DNA of 64,000 bases from a virus: IMG/VR virus record IMGVR_UViG_3300029305_000264, positions 1 through 64,000 of that record. One strand, given 5' to 3'. A program made the translations under genes and the position numbers. Positions 17,090 to 26,546 of this stretch are shown here, piece by piece (position 1 is the stretch's first letter; every line of letters starts with the position of its first letter). A model generated the notes under the pieces. The model saw only the letters and a list, made by a program, of their open reading frames with translations, searched no databases and was not told the origin of the DNA.

Positions 17090-17410
17090 ATGGACTTGCT
17101 GTTTTCAAGATACGCAAGTCCAATGGACTTCATGAGATTGTACATCGAACAAGGGCGGTTTGGGGAGTTTGTGAACCAAATAATCAATCTTGAAAATGAG
17201 CGCAAAAAAGAAGAAGCGGAAAAAGAGGATGACAACAAACTTTGGATTGCTTACGTTCACAGTATGTCTGACATGCCTTTCAGCGAATGGAAGGCCGGGT
17301 TGTGGCAGAAGCAGAAGGAACAACCGACAACCTTATCAATGACAGATGAACAGGTGGAAGAAACCAAACAGCAATCAAGGGGAATCTTGCAGAGATTTTC
17401 CCCAAAATAG
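17090..17410 (+). CDS. tail assembly chaperone T-part (probably also made as a G-T frameshift fusion)
   Basis: In the -1 frame relative to 16671-17072; directly precedes the TMP. Confidence 0.7.
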   Translation: MDLLFSRYASPMDFMRLYIEQGRFGEFVNQIINLENERKKEEAEKEDDNKLWIAYVHSMSDMPFSEWKAGLWQKQKEQPTTLSMTDEQVEETKQQSRGILQRFSPK

Positions 17411-17422
17411 AAAGGGAAATGC

Positions 17423-19330
17423 ATGGAACTGTTCAGATTGTTTGGCAGCATTGCCATTGACAACACTGAAGCGAACCATGCCATTGATGACACAGCAGAA
17501 AGGGCGAACAATTCACAGGGAACCATCAACAGTGCTTTCGGTGGAATTGGAAGGGCCGTTGTGTCAGCAGGCAAGTTGATTGCAGGTGCAGGATTGGCCA
17601 TTGGTGGATCCATCCTTGCAGTCACAGAAAGTACAAGAGAATATAGGCAGGAAATGGGATTGCTTGAATCTGCCTATAAGACAGCAGGCCACAGTTCTGA
17701 AGTGGCCAAAAACACCTATTCTGATCTGAATGCAGTCATGGGTGATTCCGGTGCGGCTGTTGAAGCTGCACAGCACCTTGCATTGGTTGCTGATAACGAA
17801 GAAGAACTGAATGACATGACAAACACCTTGACAGGAGTGTATTCGACTTTCGGGGCATCATTGCCGTTGGAGGGGTTGGCAGAAGCCATCAACCACAGCA
17901 GTTCTTTAGGAGAGGTGCAATCGTCCTTGGCCGATGCACTCGAATGGTCCGGAATAACCGTTGATGACTTCAATGCACAGCTTGCGGAGTGTTCAACAGA
18001 GGAAGAAAGACAGGACCTGATCATGAACACCTTGCGTGATACATACGGCAAAGCAGCGGATCAGTACAAGGAAACAAACAAGGATGTGATGGATGCAAGG
18101 AAGGCACAGGAAAAGCTTTCTGATGCCTTTGCAGAACTTGGTGCGGTATTTGAACCAATCGTGACTAAAATCAAAAATAAGATTGCGGACATGGTTGCGG
18201 CAGCAGCACCAAAGATCCAGGAACTTATTGACAAGTTCAAGGATGCAATCAATTGGATCAAAGAGAATGAAAACACAATTCATACATGGGTTGCAGTCAT
18301 TCTTGGTGCAGCAACATCCATCGGAATCTTTCTTTTGATTATGAATTGGGGAACCATTATGACAGCAGCTGCAAAAGCAATCAGCACGGTCAGAAATGCG
18401 ATCCTTTTATTCAATGCGGCACTTATGGCCAATCCAATCGGAATCATCGTGGCACTTCTTGCAGGCCTTGTGGTTGCCTTTATCTATTTATGGAACAATG
18501 TTGAACCATTCAGACAGTTTTGGATCAATCTATGGGAGAAGATACAAGATGCATGTTCAAAGGCTGCTTCCATACTGAAAACAAAATTCACTGAAATGTA
18601 CAACAGCATGAAAGAGAAATTCGAATCCATGAAACAGAAGGCAACGGATATTTTCAACAACATCCGGAACACAATTTCTGAAAAGGTGCAATCAGCAAAG
18701 GACAAGGCTGTTTCAGCTTTCCAATTGCTGAAATCGGGCCTGATTGATCCAATAGTTTCTGCAAAGAACAAGGTTGTTGAAGTCTTCGGATCAATCTATT
18801 CAACAATCAAAGAAAAAATCGAATCAGCACGGAACACAGTGGACAATGCCATCAAAAAGATAAAGGGATTCTTCAACATTGATCTGAAGTTCAAAGCAAT
18901 CAAAATGCCTTCAATCAGTGTGTCATGGTCAAAGAAGCCTGCAATTCTTGCAAAGGCTGCGGAACTTCTTGACATCCCCGGTGTTCCAAAGTTTTCTGTC
19001 AAGTGGAATGCAAAGGGTGGAATATTTGACAGGCCGACAGTGCTTCCAACACTTGCAGGATGGCAAGGGTTTGGCGAAGCAGGAGCAGAAGCAATCACAC
19101 CTATTGACACACTTCTTGTGTTCGTCAGGGAAGCTGTGAAAGCAGAGAATGAACCTGTCATCTATTACATGCAAAGGATCATGTCAATATTGGCAGAATA
19201 CATGCCACAGCTTGCAGAAAAGGATTCGAACATCGTTCTTGATGGGAATGCCTTGGTCAGCAGATTGGCACCAAGGATTGATCAGGAATTGGGTATATTA
19301 TCAAACAGAAAAATGCGTGGGAACGTATAA
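17423..19330 (+). CDS. tape measure protein A (TP901-type core)
   Basis: MELFRLFGSIAIDN N-terminus, TMP core, central TM helices, ~11-aa periodic region, C-terminal AKGG…GEAGAEAI motif. Confidence 0.85.
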   Translation: MELFRLFGSIAIDNTEANHAIDDTAERANNSQGTINSAFGGIGRAVVSAGKLIAGAGLAIGGSILAVTESTREYRQEMGLLESAYKTAGHSSEVAKNTYSDLNAVMGDSGAAVEAAQHLALVADNEEELNDMTNTLTGVYSTFGASLPLEGLAEAINHSSSLGEVQSSLADALEWSGITVDDFNAQLAECSTEEERQDLIMNTLRDTYGKAADQYKETNKDVMDARKAQEKLSDAFAELGAVFEPIVTKIKNKIADMVAAAAPKIQELIDKFKDAINWIKENENTIHTWVAVILGAATSIGIFLLIMNWGTIMTAAAKAISTVRNAILLFNAALMANPIGIIVALLAGLVVAFIYLWNNVEPFRQFWINLWEKIQDACSKAASILKTKFTEMYNSMKEKFESMKQKATDIFNNIRNTISEKVQSAKDKAVSAFQLLKSGLIDPIVSAKNKVVEVFGSIYSTIKEKIESARNTVDNAIKKIKGFFNIDLKFKAIKMPSISVSWSKKPAILAKAAELLDIPGVPKFSVKWNAKGGIFDRPTVLPTLAGWQGFGEAGAEAITPIDTLLVFVREAVKAENEPVIYYMQRIMSILAEYMPQLAEKDSNIVLDGNALVSRLAPRIDQELGILSNRKMRGNV

Positions 19331-19367
19331 ACCACGATAAAGAACAAAAGAAGGGGGTGAATCCCTT

Positions 19368-21482
19368 ATGGAACTTTTTAAGATCTTCGGAAAGATTGCT
19401 ATTGATAACGAAGAAGCAAACGAGAACATAGAAGCCACATCGAAAAAGGCAGGCAATTTTGCGGAATCCTTGAAGAAAGGGGCGGCAACGGCAGCGAAGT
19501 TTGGAACAGCGGTTGTCACCGGAACGGCAGCAGCAGGTGCGGCACTGATGGGTGTGGTTTCTTCGTCTGCATCAACAGCGGATGAAATCGACAAGATGTC
19601 TGCAAAGATCGGTATGTCAAAACAGGCATATCAGGAATGGTCCTATGTATTGGGGCAGAATGGAATGGATGTCAACAGTCTTCAGATGGGTATGAAAACG
19701 CTTGTTGCACAAATGGACGGAGCAGCAAGCGGAACTGAAAAGAGTGTTGAAATGTTCGAAGCGTTAGGTGTTAGCATCTACGATTCCACAGGAAAAATGA
19801 AGAATCAGGAAGATATGTTCAAGGAAGTGACAATGGCACTTGCTGCAATGGAAAATGGCACAGAAAAAGCAGCACTTGCAAATGGACTTCTTGGCCGATC
19901 CGGATCTGAAATGATGCCGATGTTGAACAACGGTGCAGAAGGCATTGTTGAATTGACAGACAGAGCACACGAATTGGGCCTGATCATGGGTGATGATGCA
20001 GTGAATGCAGGTGTTGTCCTTGGTGATACCTTGGACGATGTGAAGAAGTCTGTCGGGATGGTAGGAACAAAGCTTGGTGTCACACTGTTTCCCATCATTC
20101 AGAAAGTGCTTGACATGGTGCTGAAATTCATGCCGCAAATACAGAATGCTTTTGATAGTTTTGCACCTGTCGCAATCGGGTTGATGGATTCATTGATGCC
20201 GATGCTGTTCGATTTGGCAGAAAGCATTTTCCCGATGCTGATGGATATTTTGAACGGACTTTTACCTGCATTCACGCAGATCACAGAAGCAATCCTTCCG
20301 GTGGTGTTGCAAGCATTGCAGTTGTTGCTTCCACCGTTGATTCAGATTGTGAAATCTGTGCTTCCGGTGCTTACAACGCTATTGACAGGAGCAATGAAGA
20401 TTTTAAGTCCGATTTTAGACTTGCTTTCTCCGTTGTTATCGGCAATTTTAGCTGTGATTTCACCTTTGCTTGATTTACTGAACGTAATTTTGCAACCGTT
20501 GATTGACCTGTTCACATACCTTGCAGAAACCATTGGTTCTGTGCTTGGTCCGGTATTCGAAGGAATCGGCACTGTGCTTGGAAAAGTCGGTGAAGGATTC
20601 ACATGGATGAAAGAAAAGGCATCGGGTGCAATGTCCGACATGAAGGCGAAGATTGAAGAAAACGGTGGTGGAATCAAGGGATATTTCAAAACCATGACCG
20701 ATTCTGCAAAGCAGGCATGGGGAATGGCCTTTGATAAGATGGACGAAATCACAGGCGGCAAGATGTCCGCAATGAAGAAGAAGATCGAGGAAAACGGTGG
20801 CGGCATCAAAGGGTATTTCAAGACCATGACTGATTCCGCAAAACAGGTATGGTCCAAAGCATTCAACAAAATGGATGAAATCACCGGGGGCAAACTTACC
20901 GAGATCAAAGACAAGATGACCGAAAAACTCACTGCTGCGAAAGATGCGGTTGTGGGGATCTTCGAAAAAATCAAGTCCGGTATTACGGAAAAGATAGAAA
21001 TGGCGAAGGAAACAATCAGCGGAATCATTGAGAAAATCAAAGGATTTTTCGATTTTGATTTCAAGCTTCCGAAGATCAAGATGCCACATTTCAGTGTTAC
21101 TCCGTCCGGTTGGGAAATCGGGGATCTGTTGCAGGGTTCCATTCCGAAGCTTGGCATTGAATGGTATGCAAAGGGCGGTGTCATGGAGAAGCCGACAGTG
21201 TTCGGACGGAATGGCAACAATGCAATGGTAGGTGGTGAAGCAGGTGCGGAAGCTATTGCACCGATCAGCACACTGAAAACCTATATCCGGGAAGCTGTTG
21301 CGGAACAGAATGTTTCCAATTATAACATGATGCGTGAAGCATTCACAGATGCACTTCGTGATGTTCTTCCGGACATGCAGGAAGTAGTGAAGGTTGTACC
21401 GGATGAAAACGGAATCTTCCGTGTTGTGCGTGACAAGGCAAGAGAGTACACGCAGAAGACCGGGAATCCATCTTTTGCATAA
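19368..21482 (+). CDS. tape measure protein B (second, different-core TMP)
   Basis: Same N-terminal (MELFKIFGKIAIDN) and C-terminal (AKGG…GEAGAEAIAPI) modules as TMP-A but a different core (…FEALGVSIYDSTGKMK…LLGRSG…); Leu/Pro-rich hydrophobic centre. Confidence 0.8.
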   Translation: MELFKIFGKIAIDNEEANENIEATSKKAGNFAESLKKGAATAAKFGTAVVTGTAAAGAALMGVVSSSASTADEIDKMSAKIGMSKQAYQEWSYVLGQNGMDVNSLQMGMKTLVAQMDGAASGTEKSVEMFEALGVSIYDSTGKMKNQEDMFKEVTMALAAMENGTEKAALANGLLGRSGSEMMPMLNNGAEGIVELTDRAHELGLIMGDDAVNAGVVLGDTLDDVKKSVGMVGTKLGVTLFPIIQKVLDMVLKFMPQIQNAFDSFAPVAIGLMDSLMPMLFDLAESIFPMLMDILNGLLPAFTQITEAILPVVLQALQLLLPPLIQIVKSVLPVLTTLLTGAMKILSPILDLLSPLLSAILAVISPLLDLLNVILQPLIDLFTYLAETIGSVLGPVFEGIGTVLGKVGEGFTWMKEKASGAMSDMKAKIEENGGGIKGYFKTMTDSAKQAWGMAFDKMDEITGGKMSAMKKKIEENGGGIKGYFKTMTDSAKQVWSKAFNKMDEITGGKLTEIKDKMTEKLTAAKDAVVGIFEKIKSGITEKIEMAKETISGIIEKIKGFFDFDFKLPKIKMPHFSVTPSGWEIGDLLQGSIPKLGIEWYAKGGVMEKPTVFGRNGNNAMVGGEAGAEAIAPISTLKTYIREAVAEQNVSNYNMMREAFTDALRDVLPDMQEVVKVVPDENGIFRVVRDKAREYTQKTGNPSFA
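20631..20894 (+). repeat. 132-bp (44-aa) tandem duplication inside TMP-B
   Basis: MSDMKAKIEENGGGIKGYFKTMTDSAKQAWGMAFDKMDEITGGK / MSAMKKKIEENGGGIKGYFKTMTDSAKQVWSKAFNKMDEITGGK; units start at 20631 and 20763. Confidence 0.9.
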
Positions 21483-21494
21483 AGGGGGTGCAGC

Positions 21495-21875
21495 ATGTAT
21501 CAGGGTTATAGAATCAAAATCAATGGCACTGTCATCAGCGATCTGATGATCAAGAGGGGCAGTTATTATGCTACACCGACAACAAGGGTTGTTTCTTCAT
21601 ACTACGATGCAGCAGGTGGATTCCATGAAGAATTAAGTCCGGCCAAGAAAATGGAAATAGGTTTCACCATCCGGGAACACGACATGGAAGAACACACTGC
21701 ATTCATTTCTGCATTTTCTACCGGACGGAATGTGTCTGTGGAATATTGGAATGACACAACCGGGGAATACAAGATGGGAGTGTTCCGTGTGGATGACATG
21801 AAGAATCAGCACAAATACGCACTGCCGGGCAGAATCCGGTATGGTGAAATTCCTGTTAAGTTAAAGGAGAATTGA
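21495..21875 (+). CDS. small tail-tip protein in the Dit position (126 aa, fold unassigned)
   Basis: Immediately follows TMP-B; homolog at 59648-60022. Confidence 0.5.
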   Translation: MYQGYRIKINGTVISDLMIKRGSYYATPTTRVVSSYYDAAGGFHEELSPAKKMEIGFTIREHDMEEHTAFISAFSTGRNVSVEYWNDTTGEYKMGVFRVDDMKNQHKYALPGRIRYGEIPVKLKEN

Positions 21876-21877
21876 CG

Positions 21878-23926
21878 ATGGCAGACACAAAAGAATACAA
21901 GGACCTTTTCAAGCAGTCGGGAGTACCAAAGCGGCTGCTTGTGTCATTTCCTGATCTTTCTGTCACGCTTCAGAATGAAGATATTGTGTCGGAAAGCATG
22001 GAGATTTCCGAAAGTCTTTGTTCAGGATCTGAACTTCGTTTCGGATCCTGTGAAGCTTCGGTTTTTAAGCTGCGGATCATCGGGAATGTGATTCCGTTGA
22101 TCGGTGCAACCTGTGTTGTTTCGATGTATGCCGGGGATGCTGTGGATCCTTTCGTGCTTGGCACATACAAGGTGGCATCCGACAAACCGACAGCAGACAG
22201 AAAATATCGTGACATTGTTGCCTATGATGCCATGTATGACATTATCAATGCGGATGTGGCTGCATGGTATAACAGCATTCTTCCGACAAAGGACAGCACA
22301 ACCACCCTTCGGGCATTCCGTGATTCCTTCATGGAGCAGTTCGGCATGGAACAGGAAGAAATCACCCTGCCGCATGATGAAATGGTGGTGGAAAGGACCA
22401 TTGATCCGGAAGCAATCAGCGGAAAAGATGTGCTTTCTGCCATTTGTGAAATCAACGGATGCTTCGGGCATATCGGACGGAATGGGAAGATGCAGTATAT
22501 CTTCCTTCGGGAGATTGTAACAGGACTTTACCCTTCGGATGAATTATATCCTTCGGATGATTTATTCCCAAGGGATAACAGCGGAACAGAAAAGATTCCG
22601 CAACAGAACTATATATCTTGCAAGTATGAAGATTATACCACGAAGCGCATTGGGAAGTTGCAGATCAGGCAGGAAGAAAACGACATCGGATGCATAATCG
22701 GCAATGGTGAAAACGGATATATCATCGAAGGAAACTTCCTTGTGTTTGGCAAGGATGCAGCAGGCTTGGAAGCAATCGGGCAGAGGTTGTTTGACATTAT
22801 TGGCATTGTATGGTATAGGCCTGCAACCGTGAAGGCAATCGGCAATCCGTATTTGGAAGTCGGTGCCGGGATCCGCATGATAACGCAGCATGAGATTGTG
22901 GAAACATACATCCTTGAACGAACACTGAAGGGAATTCAGGGTTTGATTGATGATTATGAAGCGCAGGGTGCAGAAACCTATTCTGACAATGTGAATTCGG
23001 TGCAGAAGTCCATTGTGCAGTTGAAGGGCAAAATGAACATCTTGACACGGACAGCGGAAGAAACACGGTCACAGCTTATCGACTTAGACAAAGAACTTTC
23101 ATCCCAAATCTTGCAGACTGCTGAAGAAATATCCGCAGAGGTTAAGAGAGCGAAGGAAGCAGAAGCAAGCCTTTCTATTCGTGCGGATGAAATCAGCCTT
23201 TCTGTGTCAAATTTAGATAGCAATCTGTCATCTAGGATCACACAGACTGCGGAAAGCATCACTTCCGAAGTATCAAGAGCGCAGAGTGCGGAAAGCAGCT
23301 TGTCTTCTCGAATCACACAGAATGCCGACAGTATCACAGCGGAAGTCAGCAGAGCGCAGAGTGCGGAATCTTCCCTTTCATTGCGTGTTGATGGAATATC
23401 CCTTAGTGTGACGAACTTGGAAGAATCGGTGCAAAGTGATATTGAAGTCCTTGCAGGGGAAATCAACCTGCGGACCACGCAGGGGCAGGTTTCAAGCATG
23501 ATTTCTGTTGCATTGGAAGATATAACGATTTCTGCAAGTCAAATCAACCTTGAAGGTTATACAACAATCAATGGTGGTTTTTCGGTTGACAGTTCCGGAA
23601 GTGTGACGATCAGCAGTTCTTCCGCAAAAATATCTATGTACGGCAACACGCTTCAAATAGCATCAAAAAGTGGTGGTGGTGTTGCAAGAATCGGAAACTC
23701 ATTTATTACATTTTACGATTCCGGATATGTTGACACTTATGCAGTCGCATATTTAAGCGGTACAACATTGATTATCGGTGACGGTTCATGCACCGTTGAT
23801 TGCGGAAGCGTGAGTTGTTCCGGTGATATAGAGTGTTCTACCCTGAACGGTTATGTTCCGGTGACAAGGGCAGAATTCACTTCATTGCGTGAAAGAGTTG
23901 CGAAATTGGAAACGAAGGTCGGGTGA
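21878..23926 (+). CDS. tail-tip/fibre protein in the Tal position (N-terminal hub-like region + coiled-coil fibre)
   Basis: …FVLGTYKVASDKPTADRKYRDIVAYDAMYDI… N-terminus; repeated ITQTAESITSEVSRAQSAESSLS heptad-like units; homolog at 60025-61905. Confidence 0.6.
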   Translation: MADTKEYKDLFKQSGVPKRLLVSFPDLSVTLQNEDIVSESMEISESLCSGSELRFGSCEASVFKLRIIGNVIPLIGATCVVSMYAGDAVDPFVLGTYKVASDKPTADRKYRDIVAYDAMYDIINADVAAWYNSILPTKDSTTTLRAFRDSFMEQFGMEQEEITLPHDEMVVERTIDPEAISGKDVLSAICEINGCFGHIGRNGKMQYIFLREIVTGLYPSDELYPSDDLFPRDNSGTEKIPQQNYISCKYEDYTTKRIGKLQIRQEENDIGCIIGNGENGYIIEGNFLVFGKDAAGLEAIGQRLFDIIGIVWYRPATVKAIGNPYLEVGAGIRMITQHEIVETYILERTLKGIQGLIDDYEAQGAETYSDNVNSVQKSIVQLKGKMNILTRTAEETRSQLIDLDKELSSQILQTAEEISAEVKRAKEAEASLSIRADEISLSVSNLDSNLSSRITQTAESITSEVSRAQSAESSLSSRITQNADSITAEVSRAQSAESSLSLRVDGISLSVTNLEESVQSDIEVLAGEINLRTTQGQVSSMISVALEDITISASQINLEGYTTINGGFSVDSSGSVTISSSSAKISMYGNTLQIASKSGGGVARIGNSFITFYDSGYVDTYAVAYLSGTTLIIGDGSCTVDCGSVSCSGDIECSTLNGYVPVTRAEFTSLRERVAKLETKVG

Positions 23927-23930
23927 TAAC

Positions 23931-24134
23931 ATGGGAATAAACACAGCAACGAAGAAATTCAGGAATGATTTGGTGGATCTGATAAACAAAAGCGGCTTGC
24001 CTATATGCGTTGTCGAATTGGTACTGACTAGCACACTTGGAGCAGTGCAGCAAAAGTTGGCAATCGACTTGCAGGCAGAAGCGGAAAGTGAGGTGGCAAA
24101 AGATGCAGAAAGCGTACAACCGGATCCTGTATGA
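23931..24134 (+). CDS. hypothetical tail-module protein (67 aa)
   Basis: Homolog at 61909-62106; start ATG 23931. Confidence 0.5.
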   Translation: MGINTATKKFRNDLVDLINKSGLPICVVELVLTSTLGAVQQKLAIDLQAEAESEVAKDAESVQPDPV

Positions 24135-24492
24135 AAATTATCCATCCGAAGCAACACCCTTGAATGAAACGAACATGAACAAGATGGATGCTGCCTTGGA
24201 TGAACTTGACAATCGCATAATCAATATGAATTTGACTATGCAGGAGCCTGTTACAAAATCCGCAGAGAATGCAGCACAGGCGAAAGAATCAGCGGAAGCA
24301 GCGGCAGAAAGTGAGAGTGCAGCACAGGCAAGCGAATCGGCCTGCCTTGGAGCATTGGAAGAAGTCCGGCAGATAACACACAACACACAATTTGCTGTGA
24401 ACTTTGCAACCGGGAATTTGGAATACAATGCACCGAAGTATGTGTTCGCAGTAAATAACCAAAGCGGAAATCTCGAATGGGGGGTGCGATAA
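24103..24492 (+). CDS. tail fibre-associated protein (129 aa)
   Basis: ENYPSEATPLNETNMNKMDAALDELDNRI motif common at the N-termini of Firmicutes phage fibre proteins; Ala/Glu-rich coiled coil. Confidence 0.55.
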   Translation: MQKAYNRILYENYPSEATPLNETNMNKMDAALDELDNRIINMNLTMQEPVTKSAENAAQAKESAEAAAESESAAQASESACLGALEEVRQITHNTQFAVNFATGNLEYNAPKYVFAVNNQSGNLEWGVR

Positions 24493-24678
24493 TGGAAAAC
24501 GCAGGAAGAATTTTATTGATGCCGAAGGGTGACTATTCGGCATCCACTACATACGCAATGCTTGATATTGTAAACCATTCCGGGGCATCGTGGGTATGCA
24601 AGCAGGCTTGCACCGGGCAGACACCATCGGACAGCAACACTGCATATTGGCAGAGGTTAGGAACAGCGGTTGACCTTT
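24355..24678. repeat. 324-nt segment nearly identical to 62354-62677 (inter-prophage repeat)
   Basis: Aligned by eye at offset 37999: 3 mismatches (at 24406, 24641, 24664), whereas other homologous genes differ at many synonymous sites. Confidence 0.9.
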
Positions 24679-25136
24679 CGAAATATTTGCCTAAAAGCGG
24701 TGGGGTAGTGTCGGCAGAGTCTTATATCCCTATGGTACTTGAAAATAAAGTGGGCGATACTGTTTACTTGCAATTTGTAGGCATGGATTGGAATGTTTTA
24801 GGTTATCTTGGATTTGATGGTGCTGACGGATTAAAATTCTTGAATCATAGCGGAGGAACTAGCTATAACCTTCTCCACACTGGCAACAAGCCTACTGGCA
24901 CTTACACCGGAAATGGAAGTGCTACGGAGAGAATCATTGATGTTGGAAACTCTATTAGCACCTTATATGCGGTATTTTCTACAAAAGGAATTGTTTTTGT
25001 TACTGGCTTGGGATTTTATGATACAAATGGTAACAGACACGAAAATATGTCTGTTTATCAAGGAAAACTGCATATAACAACGATTAATGATTATGTAAAT
25101 GCTAATGGAGAAACATACTATTATGTTGGACTATAA
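24492..25136 (+). CDS. tail fibre / candidate receptor-binding protein (constant N-terminus, variable C-terminus)
   Basis: First ~60 aa identical to 62491-63165, C-terminus unrelated apart from the LLHTGNKPTGTYTGNGSAT island; variable part is AT-rich. Confidence 0.6.
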   Translation: MENAGRILLMPKGDYSASTTYAMLDIVNHSGASWVCKQACTGQTPSDSNTAYWQRLGTAVDLSKYLPKSGGVVSAESYIPMVLENKVGDTVYLQFVGMDWNVLGYLGFDGADGLKFLNHSGGTSYNLLHTGNKPTGTYTGNGSATERIIDVGNSISTLYAVFSTKGIVFVTGLGFYDTNGNRHENMSVYQGKLHITTINDYVNANGETYYYVGL

Positions 25137-25150
25137 GAAAGGAGCATACC

Positions 25151-25465
25151 ATGAGCGAAGAAATCTTAAAAAATCCGCAGAGGGCAAATCCTTTCTGCGT
25201 AATTTCCAAGGCAACCTTCGGGGAATATGCGGTGCGTGACATTCAGACAAATTCCGCATGGGGTGAAAATCCGTATTCCGATTATGCGATTGTTCCGGAT
25301 GAAATGGTTCCGGACATTATGGCAACCAAGGGATTCTGTGATATCAAACTTTCCAAGGATAAAACCACGGTTGCAAGTTTCACAGCAAGAGAGATTCCGG
25401 AGATTCCGACAGCGGAGCCGGAGCCGACAACCGATGATATTATCAATGTGCTTTTGGGGGTGTAG
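25151..25465 (+). CDS. hypothetical tail-fibre module protein (104 aa)
   Basis: Homolog at 63180-63557 (NPFCVISK…GEYAVRDIQTNSAW…KGFCDI). Confidence 0.5.
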   Translation: MSEEILKNPQRANPFCVISKATFGEYAVRDIQTNSAWGENPYSDYAIVPDEMVPDIMATKGFCDIKLSKDKTTVASFTAREIPEIPTAEPEPTTDDIINVLLGV

Positions 25466-25468
25466 ACT

Positions 25469-25891
25469 ATGAACAAATTACAAATGGCAGAACAGCTTAG
25501 AAGGGCATTGCAGATGTTCGCACAGTCCTTATCCGATGAAGATGCAATGGAAGTTGCAACGGTGTTCCCGAAGTACGAAGTAGGCAAGGCATACAAGCAG
25601 GGTGAAATGTTCACCTTCGGAGAAAACGAAGTCGGGGATGCGCAGCTTTACCGCGTGGCGCAGGCGCACACAAGCGCGGCAGAGTGGCTTCCGAATGAGA
25701 ATCCGGCACTTTATACGCCTATTGGCTTGAATGCGGAAGGGCATCCGGTATGGAGCAGACCGACAGGGGCGCATGATGCGTACAATATCGGGGATATCGT
25801 GGACTACAACGGCACCTTGTATAAGTCACTTATCAATGGCAACACCTATTCCCCGGAAGAATATCCGGCAGGATGGGAAGCAGTGCAGTAA
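25469..25891 (+). CDS. tail-module protein with C-terminal carbohydrate-binding-like (CBM5/12-type) aromatic motif
   Basis: GDIVDYNGTLYKSLINGNTYSPEEYPAGWEAV resembles CBM5/12 repeats; homolog at 63554-64000. Confidence 0.5.
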   Translation: MNKLQMAEQLRRALQMFAQSLSDEDAMEVATVFPKYEVGKAYKQGEMFTFGENEVGDAQLYRVAQAHTSAAEWLPNENPALYTPIGLNAEGHPVWSRPTGAHDAYNIGDIVDYNGTLYKSLINGNTYSPEEYPAGWEAVQ

Positions 25892-25906
25892 AGAAAGGCA
25901 GGTTTT

Positions 25907-26545
25907 ATGAAAGGAATCAGATTCGGAAACTATCATTCTTTCAATGATTTTTCCCTTATCCTTTCACAAAAGACAATCGGCACACCATCGCCAAAGACGG
26001 AAACCATCGACATTCCGGGCGGTGATGGTGTTCTTGATTTAACGGAGTTTTTCGGAGAAACGAAATATAATAATCGCAATCTATCATTTGAGTTTTCAAC
26101 CATTGTTCCGCAGGCGGAATTTATGGACCTGTTTTCGCATGTGCAGGATGCCTTGCACGGAGAGAAGATGCAGATTGTCCTTGATGAATCCCCGGAGTGG
26201 TATTACATCGGGCGAATCAGTGTATCGGAATGGAAGGCGGAAAAGGCGGTGGGGAAACTTACGATTGATTGCGATTGTGAACCGTACCGGGCGAAGCTGT
26301 CAAAAACGGTTATCACGGCGGCAGTGAGTGGAGAAACAAAGGTGATTCTTACGAACAGCAAAAAGCCTGTTATTCCGACAATAGATATCACCGGGGAAGT
26401 GTCCTTGACCTTCGGAGAGAATTTCTACACACTTTCCGCCGGGCGTTATGACCTGCCGGGGGTGCGGCTTGTAAATGGACCGAATACCATTCTATTAGGC
26501 GGAACCGGAACAGCAACCTTCACCTATTTGGAAAGGGGGCTGTAA
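25907..26545 (+). CDS. distal tail protein (Dit, siphovirus tail component family)
   Basis: IRFGNYHSFNDFSLILSQKTIGTPSPKTETIDIPGGDGVLDLTEFFG matches the canonical Dit N-terminal signature. Confidence 0.75.
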   Translation: MKGIRFGNYHSFNDFSLILSQKTIGTPSPKTETIDIPGGDGVLDLTEFFGETKYNNRNLSFEFSTIVPQAEFMDLFSHVQDALHGEKMQIVLDESPEWYYIGRISVSEWKAEKAVGKLTIDCDCEPYRAKLSKTVITAAVSGETKVILTNSKKPVIPTIDITGEVSLTFGENFYTLSAGRYDLPGVRLVNGPNTILLGGTGTATFTYLERGL

Positions 26546-26546
26546 G

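Noticed and set aside
17423-21482. Tandem TMP genes as an assembly or duplication artefact
   Set aside because: The two genes have unrelated core sequences, and the same pair recurs in diverged form in prophage 2. The arrangement is therefore genuine.
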